From positions 1 to 39,599 of the forward strand of contig CABMCB010000076.1 in assembly GCA_902384455.1 (NCBI GenBank): DNA of 39,599 bases, read 5' to 3'. Source of the stretch: an uncultured archaeon. Its GTDB lineage: Archaea > Altiarchaeota > Altiarchaeia > IMC4 > SCGC-AAA252-I15. Of this stretch, positions 27,543-36,450 are shown piece by piece. The first letter of the stretch is position 1, and the number at the start of each line of letters is the position of its first letter. Under the pieces are notes generated by a model that did not search any database, had not been told where the DNA came from, and saw only the letters and a program-made list of their open reading frames with translations. The translations under genes and the position numbers were made by a program.

Positions 27543-27617
27543 TGGGCCCGCCCGGATTTGAACCGGGGACCTTCGCCATGTCAAGGCGACGTCATAACCG
27601 AGCTAGACTACGAGCCC
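27543..27617 (-). tRNA. tRNA-Val(GAC)
   Basis: GGGCTCG/CGGGCCC acceptor stem, TCGCC-TTGACAT-GGCGA anticodon arm, GGTTCAAATCC T-loop. Confidence 0.96.
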
Positions 27618-27679
27618 GCGTGGTTTTTAGAAGTGTTTTTGGGGCGTGTTTGTTTAAATATGCGCCCCAAGGGTTTGCT

Positions 27680-27826
27680 TTAGTCGTTCCGGCGTTTGCT
27701 TTTGCCGAAGCCGCATTTGGCGCAGGTTTTGTGTACTGCGTGGAAGCTGAATTCTCCGCAGCGGCCGCATCTTGTGTGGGTGCGGGGTTTGTTGTGTTTG
27801 CCGAAGCTTGGTGTTCCTTTGGTCAT
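27680..27826 (-). CDS. rpl37e: 50S ribosomal protein L37e (48 aa, below the ORF-track cutoff)
   Basis: [48 protein letters not shown]; directly after the Sm gene. Confidence 0.95.
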   Translation of the reverse strand: MTKGTPSFGKHNKPRTHTRCGRCGEFSFHAVHKTCAKCGFGKSKRRND

Positions 27827-27830
27827 CTTT

Positions 27831-28046
27831 TTAGCTTACGAAGACTATCATGTCGCCGCGGACGAAGAGGGTTTTGAATTTCCTTTGTATGTCGCCGTCG
27901 GTGTATGCTGCGTCTTCTAGGACGAGGTTTATGTGTATGTCGAAGGCTTTTAGCCTGCCTGATATTTCCATGCCGTTTTTGAGGCGCACGAGCACCTCGT
28001 TCCCCAGCGATTCGCCGAGGGCATCAAGGGGTTTCATTGGTTCCAC
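27831..28046 (-). CDS. Sm-like (SmAP/Lsm) RNA-binding protein
   Basis: V.V.LKNG..+.G.L.AFD.H.NLVL.DA, +VRGD.+VFVS; conserved linkage with rpl37e. Confidence 0.95.
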   Translation of the reverse strand: MEPMKPLDALGESLGNEVLVRLKNGMEISGRLKAFDIHINLVLEDAAYTDGDIQRKFKTLFVRGDMIVFVS

Positions 28047-28094
28047 CGCAAAATAAAACGCTAATATACATTCGCGGTATCCTATATAAGCATC

Positions 28095-29135
28095 ATGGGT
28101 TCAGGTAAGGAGGTTTTTAGGCGCACAAGAAAGCTTCAGGCGTCGCTTGAGGATGCGGGGGAGCAGGCGCTGTTGGTGGGAAACAGGCGGAATGTTTTTT
28201 ACCTGACTGGTAAGGATGCGGGGCGGATTGTTGTCACGCCCGACGAGAGCGTTTTGTTTGTGAGGCCTTTGTATAGGCAGTTGTATTCGTCTTTGTATGG
28301 GCGGGGTTTTCCTCATAGGGTGGTGGATTTTGAGGAGGGTGCTATTAAGGGTTTTTTGAAGAAGGAGGGTGTACGTAAAGTTTGTTTGGATTCTGGGAGT
28401 GCGGGTGCTTTGGCCGATTACCGCAAGAGGTTGGGTGTGCGGGTTTCTGTGTCTGATTTGGTTGAGAGGCAGCGTGCGGTCAAATCGGATTTTGAGGTTG
28501 ATTTAATCAAAAAGAGTTGTCGCATAGCTCATGACGCGGTTTATTTTGCTGGTTGCCTTCTTAAGCCGGGTAAGAAGGAGTTGGATGTGGTTGCGGACGT
28601 GGAAGCGTTTATCCGCCGCCGCGGGAGCGAGACTCCTTCTTTTGACGACGGGATGCTTTTGGCGTCGGGAAGGCGCAGCGCAGACATCCATGCTCGCCCA
28701 GGTCTGTTCCCTCTACTTCGCGGACCGGTAGTCGTGGATTTGGGGGCTAAAATCGGCGGATACAACAGCGACGTCACCCGGACGTTCGGGTTCGGGCGCT
28801 TGACTGCGCGGGAAAAAGAGGTTATGGATTTCGTAAGAGAGCTTCAGCAGTCTGCTGCGGATTTAGTGCGTCCCGGAGCGGTTGCCGGAGACGTTCACAA
28901 GTTCGCCGAGGAGGAACTGAAGAAGGCGGGGTTCATGTTCCACCATAATCTAGGTCACGGAGTCGGGCTTGACATCCATGAGCTGCCTAATCTTTCAGGC
29001 AAAAGTGAGGACGTCTTTAAGCCCGGCATGGTCATAACGGTGGAGCCGGGCGTTTATCTGCCGCGCCATTTCGGAGTGCGGCATGAAGACACATTCCTTG
29101 TCACCAAAAGCAAACCAAAGAATCTGACTGCTTAA
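28095..29135 (+). CDS. pepQ: Xaa-Pro peptidase (M24B, prolidase-like)
   Basis: R.VKS..E, VDLGA...GY.SD.TRT, H.LGHGVGLDIHE.P, TVEPG.Y, GVRHED. Confidence 0.9.
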   Translation: MGSGKEVFRRTRKLQASLEDAGEQALLVGNRRNVFYLTGKDAGRIVVTPDESVLFVRPLYRQLYSSLYGRGFPHRVVDFEEGAIKGFLKKEGVRKVCLDSGSAGALADYRKRLGVRVSVSDLVERQRAVKSDFEVDLIKKSCRIAHDAVYFAGCLLKPGKKELDVVADVEAFIRRRGSETPSFDDGMLLASGRRSADIHARPGLFPLLRGPVVVDLGAKIGGYNSDVTRTFGFGRLTAREKEVMDFVRELQQSAADLVRPGAVAGDVHKFAEEELKKAGFMFHHNLGHGVGLDIHELPNLSGKSEDVFKPGMVITVEPGVYLPRHFGVRHEDTFLVTKSKPKNLTA

Positions 29136-29142
29136 AGAAAAT

Positions 29143-29628
29143 TCAGACGGCCCTTGCGCGTTGCGCAGCCTGCTCTTGCATGTCGAAATCCACTCCAGAC
29201 GCCTTCTCCAGATACTCAAGTGTCGAGGCCTTCGCCAGTGCTTCTACGTCTTCTGTTTTTGCCGCGGTTGGGTATTGCGCTGTGTCTTGTGTGGCTAGCT
29301 TTGTGAGTGCTTGTTGGGTTTCTGGCGTTAGCATGTTCCAGGCAAGCATTTTTGCTTCGGCCTTAAGTTCTTCGGCCGTTTTTCCTTGTGTTTTGCGTGC
29401 GGTTTCTCGCATGACTTTTATGCCGCGTTTCCTTTCTTCGGTGCTCATTGTGTCGCCGTATCTTAGAAGTCGTTCGTCTAGAACTTCTCCTACGCCCATT
29501 GGCTGTACGTCGAAAATGGTTCGCGGTTGCCGTTCTCCTGTTACTGTGACTGGGGAAACGCGTGTGACTTCGTCTCCGGGAGGTTCTTCCCTTTGCTTTG
29601 GGCGCCGTCCCTCGTAGACGCTGTCCAT
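29143..29628 (-). CDS. Hypothetical protein (161 aa)
   Basis: ORF fills the gap between pepQ and rnp4; protein-like composition; no motif recognised. Confidence 0.6.
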   Translation of the reverse strand: MDSVYEGRRPKQREEPPGDEVTRVSPVTVTGERQPRTIFDVQPMGVGEVLDERLLRYGDTMSTEERKRGIKVMRETARKTQGKTAEELKAEAKMLAWNMLTPETQQALTKLATQDTAQYPTAAKTEDVEALAKASTLEYLEKASGVDFDMQEQAAQRARAV

Positions 29629-29666
29629 ATTGTTTTATTAGACGCATTGTTCCCATAAATACGGAT

Positions 29667-30020
29667 ATGGCGCGTAATTGGGTTAAGGAGCGGCATCGTA
29701 AGATGGATGTGGCTGATGAGCGCGTTAGAATACTTGCTTTGGCGGCGGACAAGGCGGCTGTCGCGGGAGATATTGACTACGCCGACCGTTATCTGGCTAT
29801 TGCGCGCAAAATCGCCTTAAGGTCGTCTGTGCCGTTGCCCAAGCAGGTGAAGATGCGCCTATGCAAAGGTTGCCACAAGTACCTTATGCCCGGCAAGACG
29901 TCGCGCGTCCGGCTGAACTCGGAAAGCCATCGCGTGGAGACAAAATGCCTGTCTTGTGGTCGCGTTCAGTGTTCGCCTTATTTGAGGGAGCAGAGGGTTA
30001 GGAGGAAGAAGAGTGGATGA
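29667..30020 (+). CDS. rnp4: Ribonuclease P protein component 4 (Rpp21)
   Basis: A.ER+..L, A.RY+..AR.I, CKGC..L.PG..SRVR, CLSCG. Confidence 0.93.
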   Translation: MARNWVKERHRKMDVADERVRILALAADKAAVAGDIDYADRYLAIARKIALRSSVPLPKQVKMRLCKGCHKYLMPGKTSRVRLNSESHRVETKCLSCGRVQCSPYLREQRVRRKKSG

Positions 30021-30249
30021 TGTGTCGGCTACGATTAATGTGGGTAAGGGCGGTTTGTCTGAGCCTTTGATTAAGCATATTCGTTTGGCTTTGTCTAAGC
30101 ATGATGCGGTGAAACTGAAGTTTTTGAGGTCTTCGAGGGAGAAAAGCGACCGCAGGAAGCTTGCTGAAGATGCGGCTTTGAAGTGCGGGACAGTTTTGTT
30201 GGATGTGCGGGGCAACACGTGTCTTCTCATGGGCCGTAAAAAGGATTAA
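30013..30249 (+). CDS. YhbY/CRM-domain RNA-binding protein
   Basis: +NVGK.G+....I..I...L..H..VK+K, VRG.T; typical neighbour of rnp4. Confidence 0.9.
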   Translation: MDDVSATINVGKGGLSEPLIKHIRLALSKHDAVKLKFLRSSREKSDRRKLAEDAALKCGTVLLDVRGNTCLLMGRKKD

Positions 30250-30372
30250 AACCTGTGCGTACAATATCTTCCTATTATGAACGAAGATAATATTGCTTTG
30301 CGTAGGCGGCTTCAGTCTAAGGTTACTAATTCTCCGTCTTTTGCTTCCATAGGTGATGAGCGTAAGTTGATT

Positions 30373-30684
30373 ATGCGTAAGTCCGAGATTCGGCGGATTG
30401 TTTTGGATGTTTTGAAGCCGTATTCGCCGGACATTACTCTTCTTGCGAAGTCGCTTGCTGATTTGCCGGGTGTTGACGGAGTGAACATAAGTGTCTATGA
30501 GATTGATCATAAAGTGGAGAACGTCAAAATCACTGTTGAAGGGGCGTTTCATGATATCGAGGCGATTAAGCAGGTGATTATGGATTCGGGCGGGTCTCTT
30601 CATAGTATGGATGAAGTTGCGGTGGGTGTGCGGTTGGTCGAAGAGGAGGAGACGTTGCAGGATCGTACTAGGGCTTATGAGTGA
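30373..30684 (+). CDS. DUF211 family protein (ORF open from 30277)
   Basis: IRRIVLDVLKP, GVDGVNI, E.+KIT+EG, GGS+HS+DEV..G. Confidence 0.88.
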   Translation: MRKSEIRRIVLDVLKPYSPDITLLAKSLADLPGVDGVNISVYEIDHKVENVKITVEGAFHDIEAIKQVIMDSGGSLHSMDEVAVGVRLVEEEETLQDRTRAYE

Positions 30685-30961
30685 AGAATTAAAGACCTCA
30701 GTGGAGACGTATCTCTCTAACGCAAAGCCTCTTTTTTCGGGCTTAAAGGCGGTTAAGCCGGCTTCTCTTGATGGTGCTTTGAAGCTGGCTGAGGAGGCGA
30801 AGACGATGGCTCTTGCTTACTACGAGGATGCGCTGCATTTTCAGGAGAAAGGCGAGTATGCGCGGGCGCTTGCTGCTTTGGAGTATGCTGAGGGGTGGCT
30901 GGATGCCGGAGTGCGTTTGGGGTACTTGAAGACGACTTCTAAGAGGGACGGCGTCCTCTAA
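30677..30961 (+). CDS. DUF357 family protein
   Basis: MA.AY..DA.HF..KG....ALA...YA.GWLDAG.RLG. Confidence 0.88.
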   Translation: MSEELKTSVETYLSNAKPLFSGLKAVKPASLDGALKLAEEAKTMALAYYEDALHFQEKGEYARALAALEYAEGWLDAGVRLGYLKTTSKRDGVL

Positions 30962-33900
30962 GTCGTGTTTCCTGACGTCTCGTTTGCCGTCTTGTCTGCA
31001 GTTACGTTCGCCTCTGGTCTAGTCTCATTGGTCGGAATGCTTTTTGGGGTGGTGGTTGTGTTTGCGGGCAACGTCTGGGTTGTAGAGTTCTGTGTTGTGG
31101 CGTTGTTTGCGACTGCCGCAACAGTAGTCACGGGTGCTGGCGCCTTAAGCGTATCATTGCCGTAAAGTATCTCCCAGATGTTCACGTACCCAGCCGCAGT
31201 CTCAGCAACCTTCTTGAAGTGCGTCAAAGGAACGACGTCCCTGTTGTATAGGCCTACTTGTTTGTATTGGTCTAGGTAGTCTCCGAAGTAGAGGCGCGTC
31301 ATCATGAAGTCTTGGAATGGTCCTGGCGCGAACACTAGGGTGTTGTATGTGGGTACGTAGCAGATGCTGTTTGTGGGCAGTTGGTTCCAGTTTAGGGCGC
31401 ATGTGATTATTCCTGGTTTGCCTGTTGTTTGGTCTGCGATTAGCGGCTGTACCCCTAGGATGCTTGCGTCTTGGCTTTTGGTGAACGTGGTCCAGGGTAT
31501 GCTTCGTCCTGACTGGTCTATTATGACGTATACTCCGCTTATCTGGTCGTTCTTTATTTCAAAGTAGAATCCTGGAATCCATGCGTTGCAGGCGAATACT
31601 AGTCTGCGTATGTCGCTTACTGTGCCGTCGTCGGCTGGAGTGTAGCGGGGAGTCAGCTGGCTGAGTTGTGGGTTGAAGCTGCATTGAGCGTATGTGGCGA
31701 ATGAGCCTATGGCTCCCGTGTCTATGTTTCCTGTGGCTATTTCGTGTAGGGCGCTTCCTTTGCCTATCATTGTCCAGTCGATTACGGTGTATTTGAGCGT
31801 CCTATTTTGTTTCGCGTAGGCGTCGTTGTAGACTTCCACTGTCTTGAATGCTTCTTCTTCGCTTGTTTTGTTGTAGAAGAATCGGGCTACGTCTTGTATT
31901 TCGTAGCTGTCTGCCTGCAGGTTGTCTATGAGTACTGGGCGTCGGCTTATGCTGCTAATCCAGTGTCCGTAGTCCCACCATGTTAGTACTGCTGCGTTTG
32001 ATTCTGTTTTGTTGGCAATCCACATTAGTGCGTCGTCCCAGTAGTAGCGGTCTTCCATTGCGCCCATGTGGAATATGGCTGTTCCTATGCCGAATTTCTG
32101 GAAGTTCCATGTTCCAAGGACGGGCATGTAAAACATGGGCGTGAGTATGAGGAATATTGTGGGCAGAGCCCTAAGTCCCTCCCAGTCCTTCTTGTTGAGT
32201 GCGGCGTACAAGGCTACGCTGCCGCCCAAAACCATCACCGGCACGCTTGACCCGAAGAGCCACGCGCTCTTGTTGTAGGAGCCGTATAGCATCGGCAAAG
32301 CGTAAGCCAAAGCGAACATCGCCCCCGTCTTATTGTACTTCCACGCGAGGTAAGCAAGCACTGGAATCATGACTAAACCGTAAATGAAGACTATTCCGTG
32401 GCGGCCGTATCCTGCGTTGACGAATTCCATTAGTGTGTTGGCGAGTGGGTTTTGTTCTGCGATTGTGACTCCGACTACGTCGGTGTTTCTGGAGCCCTCA
32501 AGCGTGAATATCATGTAGTCTATTATCTCCATGGGGCTGTGGTATGCCAAGTACACTGCGGAGGCGGCCAGAATCAGTATTCCTATTGGCATAATCCATT
32601 CTTGGAGGCGCAGTTCCAGTTTGGGGCCGAGTCCTTTTCCTTCTACCTGGTTGATTCCGTTCTTTCTGACGCGGATTAACTCCAAGATAAAGGATGCGGC
32701 TATCCCTATGAGCACCGGCAGTCGCCCTATGTTCGGCGGTAGAGAGTAGGCGAAGTGAAGTCCTCTTTCGTGCAGTATTAGAGGCCACATTTGGCTGCCG
32801 ATTAGGAATGTGAGGTAATACGGCATTATGGCGACACAGCTTTTGTTGTGCTTGTAGCTCATCAGGGCGTAGACGAATGAGTACGCTCCCAAGACCACGT
32901 AGATGTACAGGTATGCGCTCCAATCTACCCTCAAAAGGAAGAAGCTGTAGGCCGCTACAAGAGCGTATTTCATGCTTTTTCTGTTGACTGCGGTGTGGAA
33001 CAAAAGCAGGCTTGCTACTGAAAGCATCATTCCTAAGGCGTCGTCTTCAGCGTAACTGCCTACCGCTTTAGAGGCGAACGCCGGCGAAAGCATGAGGGCG
33101 AACGCGGCAAGGAATGCGGCTACGTAAGCGTAAGGCTTGTCTTCGTTGAAGAGGGCCAGCACAAAAAGGTACACAAGCAGGATTGTCACCGCTCCGATAA
33201 GCCCCGGCAGAATCATGGCGGCGTCATACATGCTGATGCCGAAGCTGTTTATCATGAGGGCGTAGAAAGCGTAAGTGAAAGGCCACAGGAACGGGGACTG
33301 TGTGTTGTCCAATCCTGACGGCCAACTGTTCCATTGCGGGTGGCCTATGCCTCCGCGTAGCGGGTAAACGTATGTTTCCCAATCCGGTATGAAGCCTGTT
33401 TCGTAGACTCCTGTCGCCCACTTATAGTAATAGTACGGGTCAAGTTCGGCGAGGTAGGCGCTTGTGACCGCGGACACCAAGTGCAAAAGCAATGTGGCCA
33501 GAAACAGAGAGATGACGATTGAAATCTTGAAGTCGATTATGTCGTACGCCCCAATCACGTATCCTGCGGCGATTATTGAAACTCCCGCAGACAGAAACAT
33601 CACGTCTTGGCCGGTGTAACCGCCCAGTTGGTTGCTCTGGTACGCGAGTATTCCCGCAAGAAGAAGAAGCGGACCTATCCCGTAAAGCCTGGATGACTGG
33701 CCTCCTTTCACGTAGTCGTTGGCCAGGTACAGCGCTGCGATGCCTGCGGCAACAAGCGCGAAAGGAGTTGCTGAAGGAATGAATCCGTCTGCGCCGAAAA
33801 TTATCCTCATCAATCCGAGCAGGCTCGCCCCCAAAGCTATCGCGAAAAGCGGGTCTGAAATGCTAATCTGGAAGCGGTCGAAAGCTCCGTGACCTGCGTG

Positions 33901-33996
33901 CGCTTCCTTTACGGCTGGTTCAACCTCTTTTTCAGCGGTATTCGGGGCGGCCGCATGGGCGGCCTTATGGGTTGCTCCCTCTCTTCTTTTAGTCAT
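30958..33996 (-). CDS. aglB: Oligosaccharyltransferase AglB (STT3 family)
   Basis: ELDPYY, AEDD, TIAE, WWDYG, DWTMIGK; many TM helices. Confidence 0.92.
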   Translation of the reverse strand: MTKRREGATHKAAHAAAPNTAEKEVEPAVKEAHAGHGAFDRFQISISDPLFAIALGASLLGLMRIIFGADGFIPSATPFALVAAGIAALYLANDYVKGGQSSRLYGIGPLLLLAGILAYQSNQLGGYTGQDVMFLSAGVSIIAAGYVIGAYDIIDFKISIVISLFLATLLLHLVSAVTSAYLAELDPYYYYKWATGVYETGFIPDWETYVYPLRGGIGHPQWNSWPSGLDNTQSPFLWPFTYAFYALMINSFGISMYDAAMILPGLIGAVTILLVYLFVLALFNEDKPYAYVAAFLAAFALMLSPAFASKAVGSYAEDDALGMMLSVASLLLFHTAVNRKSMKYALVAAYSFFLLRVDWSAYLYIYVVLGAYSFVYALMSYKHNKSCVAIMPYYLTFLIGSQMWPLILHERGLHFAYSLPPNIGRLPVLIGIAASFILELIRVRKNGINQVEGKGLGPKLELRLQEWIMPIGILILAASAVYLAYHSPMEIIDYMIFTLEGSRNTDVVGVTIAEQNPLANTLMEFVNAGYGRHGIVFIYGLVMIPVLAYLAWKYNKTGAMFALAYALPMLYGSYNKSAWLFGSSVPVMVLGGSVALYAALNKKDWEGLRALPTIFLILTPMFYMPVLGTWNFQKFGIGTAIFHMGAMEDRYYWDDALMWIANKTESNAAVLTWWDYGHWISSISRRPVLIDNLQADSYEIQDVARFFYNKTSEEEAFKTVEVYNDAYAKQNRTLKYTVIDWTMIGKGSALHEIATGNIDTGAIGSFATYAQCSFNPQLSQLTPRYTPADDGTVSDIRRLVFACNAWIPGFYFEIKNDQISGVYVIIDQSGRSIPWTTFTKSQDASILGVQPLIADQTTGKPGIITCALNWNQLPTNSICYVPTYNTLVFAPGPFQDFMMTRLYFGDYLDQYKQVGLYNRDVVPLTHFKKVAETAAGYVNIWEILYGNDTLKAPAPVTTVAAVANNATTQNSTTQTLPANTTTTPKSIPTNETRPEANVTADKTANETSGNTT

Positions 33997-34011
33997 TTTA
34001 ATTTGATTTTT

Positions 34012-34704
34012 TTAGCGGCCGAATCGTCGGTCGCTTTGTTTGAATTCAGAAACTACTTTGGCGAGGTCGTCTTCCGTTATTTCCTGCCATAGTTTGTCTA
34101 TGAAGTATATTTCGCTGTAGGCGGACTGCCACAGTAGGAAGTTGCTTATCCGTTTTTCGCTTGTGCGGATTATGAAGTCTGCGTTGTCTTTGACCCAAAG
34201 GTTGGACTGGATGTTTTCTTCTGTGATGGGCAGCCCCTTTTGAGCCAGTTTTGAGGCAGCAAAAACAATCTCCTGCCTTCCGCCGTAGGCCAAAGCCATG
34301 TTGAGGCGTAGGCCGTCGTTTTTTTCCGTGTGTTTTTCTAGGGCGCGCAGGTTTTCTATTAGTTCTGTGTTGCCTGTGATTTCGTTGCTTTTTTGGGTTA
34401 GGTAGTCTATGTCGCCGCAGATTTTTATGCGGATTTTGGCTTCTTTTATCCGTTGGTCTGTGAGCGCCTTTTTGGCGTGCTCTGAGAATACCTTGAACAG
34501 GGCCTTGATTTCGTTGTCTCCTCTTTCTTTTATGTTTTCTGTTGAGAGGGCGTATATGGTGACTTCATTGATTCCGTACTTTGGGCACCATTGAAGCAAG
34601 TCGTAGAAGCGGCTGATTCCGCTTTGATAAGATTCCGCAAGGCTGCCGATGCCTTTCTTTCTCATGTACCGGCGGTTGCCGTCCGGGATAATACCAACGT
34701 GCAT
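34012..34704 (-). CDS. uppS: cis-prenyltransferase (undecaprenyl/polyprenyl diphosphate synthase)
   Basis: HVGIIPDGNRR, YALSTEN..R, YGGRQEI, IIRTS..R.SNFLLWQ.AYSE. Confidence 0.96.
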   Translation of the reverse strand: MHVGIIPDGNRRYMRKKGIGSLAESYQSGISRFYDLLQWCPKYGINEVTIYALSTENIKERGDNEIKALFKVFSEHAKKALTDQRIKEAKIRIKICGDIDYLTQKSNEITGNTELIENLRALEKHTEKNDGLRLNMALAYGGRQEIVFAASKLAQKGLPITEENIQSNLWVKDNADFIIRTSEKRISNFLLWQSAYSEIYFIDKLWQEITEDDLAKVVSEFKQSDRRFGR

Positions 34705-34754
34705 GGTTGCTTCTAAGCTAATAATCCTACTATCAATGGATTAAATACTAATAT

Positions 34755-35240
34755 ATGTATATGAAACCGATTCGGGTGCTGGATGCGTCGGCTATCCTAA
34801 GAAGCACCCTGGATTTCTCAGGCGGAAACTACCTGATGCCACATTCAGTAGCGCAAGAAGTGCGTGAGGGAAACGAAGCGCTGGCGCTTAACGCGGCTAT
34901 CGAGGCGGGCGCAGTCAAGATTGAGGAGCCGACAAAAGACGCGTTAAAGACGGTAGAAGAAGCCGCCAAATCGTCGGGGGACTTAGGCGCATTATCCAGG
35001 CCGGACTTGGACGTTCTGGCTGTCGCATTCAAAAACAAGGCGGCTATCGTGTCCGACGATTATGCCGTTCAAAACGTCGCCCGCCGCCTCAAACTGAACG
35101 TAGAGGCCTCCTTCCACAAAGGCATAAGAGAGGAAATCACCTGGGTTTTTGTTTGCGGCGGATGCGGGAAGGAATCTAAAGAAGGAATAAAAGAGTGCGC
35201 AGTATGCGGCAGCCAAATCAAAAGAAAAAGACGCCGCTAA
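34755..35240 (+). CDS. nob1: Nob1-like PIN endonuclease with Zn ribbon
   Basis: VLDASA, SGD...LS..D..+LA, SDDY.VQNVA, CGGC...CAVCGS. Confidence 0.9.
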   Translation: MYMKPIRVLDASAILRSTLDFSGGNYLMPHSVAQEVREGNEALALNAAIEAGAVKIEEPTKDALKTVEEAAKSSGDLGALSRPDLDVLAVAFKNKAAIVSDDYAVQNVARRLKLNVEASFHKGIREEITWVFVCGGCGKESKEGIKECAVCGSQIKRKRRR

Positions 35241-35241
35241 A

Positions 35242-36408
35242 CTACCCGACAACTTCGGCTGCGCCCTTAAGCATCAAATATACGGCAGCGCACTCCGGAA
35301 GATTGATTTTTTCGCCCGCCTTGAAAGGTCCGTGCTGAATTCCTCCGATGTCGAACTGAGGCACGTCCTTAATCGTCTTAGCTGTGGTTGGTTCGCTGCT
35401 GAATGCGACCGCGTCCGCAAGAGGGTCGAACGAATCCAAATCTTTCACGACTTTCGCAATCAATCCGCTTCCCGCATGCAAAGTGTCAGGAACCCTAATC
35501 AACCTGCTTAAGTCGCCAGTCACCTGCTTGTCCGCGTCGGCAATGGCGGTTACTGCCATGGTTTTTGCTTCGTCAAAAACTCGTTTGCCAACCAACGCCA
35601 AGAGGTAAGACCAGTTTCCTTCGTCCAGTTGCGTAAGGAATTTCTCCCGTTTCTCTATTATCTCCTTAGCTGTTTTTTCTCCTATGCCCGGTATGTTGGT
35701 GAGTTCGCCGTCAGGCTGGGTCAGAATCTCCCTTGTCTTAACGTAGTACCTGCCTGCCCATCCTGAGTCTCCTTTCTTTGGGCCGCCTACTATTTCGACT
35801 CCTGTGTTGGTCTGCTTCCAGTAGAATGGGAATGTGAGCTTCTTTTTTCCTTTCGGGTCTCTTGTTTGCGCGTCTGGGATGGGTTTTAGTCCTGTTCCTG
35901 TGACGTAGTCCACTAGTTCCTTGCGTTCGTCCTGGCCCATCCGTTGTACTCTGTCGCCTCTTATGTGGAAGTGGTATCCTTTGCTTCCGCTGAAGTTTAC
36001 TGAAACTTCGTTTTTCTCAAACCCGAAGTCGGTGAAGATGAAGTCGGAGAGACTCAAAGCTTCGTTTTTGGCTTTATCCAAATCTTGCGTATTAAGGTAG
36101 CCTGTTCTCATGGGCACATCCAAGTCAAACACCACGTCTGCGCCCAGCCACTCTTTGGCGGCCATCGGCTGGTTGGCGGGATACCTGTATAACGCGGTGC
36201 TGTAACTGAGGTAGAATGGGGCGTCTCGCTTTAGGAACTGGTGGAACTCGCGAGCCCCCGCGAAGCAGAAGTGGCGCACCTTAATCTTGTCCTCCAAAGT
36301 TCCGTAACCGAATTCCCTGCGCTCAATATCAGGCGGCTCCTGGACGGTATGCCTGAAATAATAGTCCTTGAACTTCTTTTTGAGGAAAACGCGCGTCTCA
36401 GTCTCCAT
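35242..36408 (-). CDS. priS: DNA primase small (catalytic) subunit
   Basis: REFG, W.GAD.VFDLD, FSG.KGYH, D..VT.D..RLIR.P.TLH..SGL; HhH-like IPGIGEKTA insert. Confidence 0.95.
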   Translation of the reverse strand: METETRVFLKKKFKDYYFRHTVQEPPDIERREFGYGTLEDKIKVRHFCFAGAREFHQFLKRDAPFYLSYSTALYRYPANQPMAAKEWLGADVVFDLDVPMRTGYLNTQDLDKAKNEALSLSDFIFTDFGFEKNEVSVNFSGSKGYHFHIRGDRVQRMGQDERKELVDYVTGTGLKPIPDAQTRDPKGKKKLTFPFYWKQTNTGVEIVGGPKKGDSGWAGRYYVKTREILTQPDGELTNIPGIGEKTAKEIIEKREKFLTQLDEGNWSYLLALVGKRVFDEAKTMAVTAIADADKQVTGDLSRLIRVPDTLHAGSGLIAKVVKDLDSFDPLADAVAFSSEPTTAKTIKDVPQFDIGGIQHGPFKAGEKINLPECAAVYLMLKGAAEVVG

Positions 36409-36450
36409 GCAAACAGTTTCTTAAACCCCCTCCTTAATAACTAAACGAAA

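Noticed and set aside
27542-27920. ORFs 27542-27877 and 27696-27920 on the + strand
   Set aside because: Antisense to tRNA-Val, rpl37e and the Sm gene
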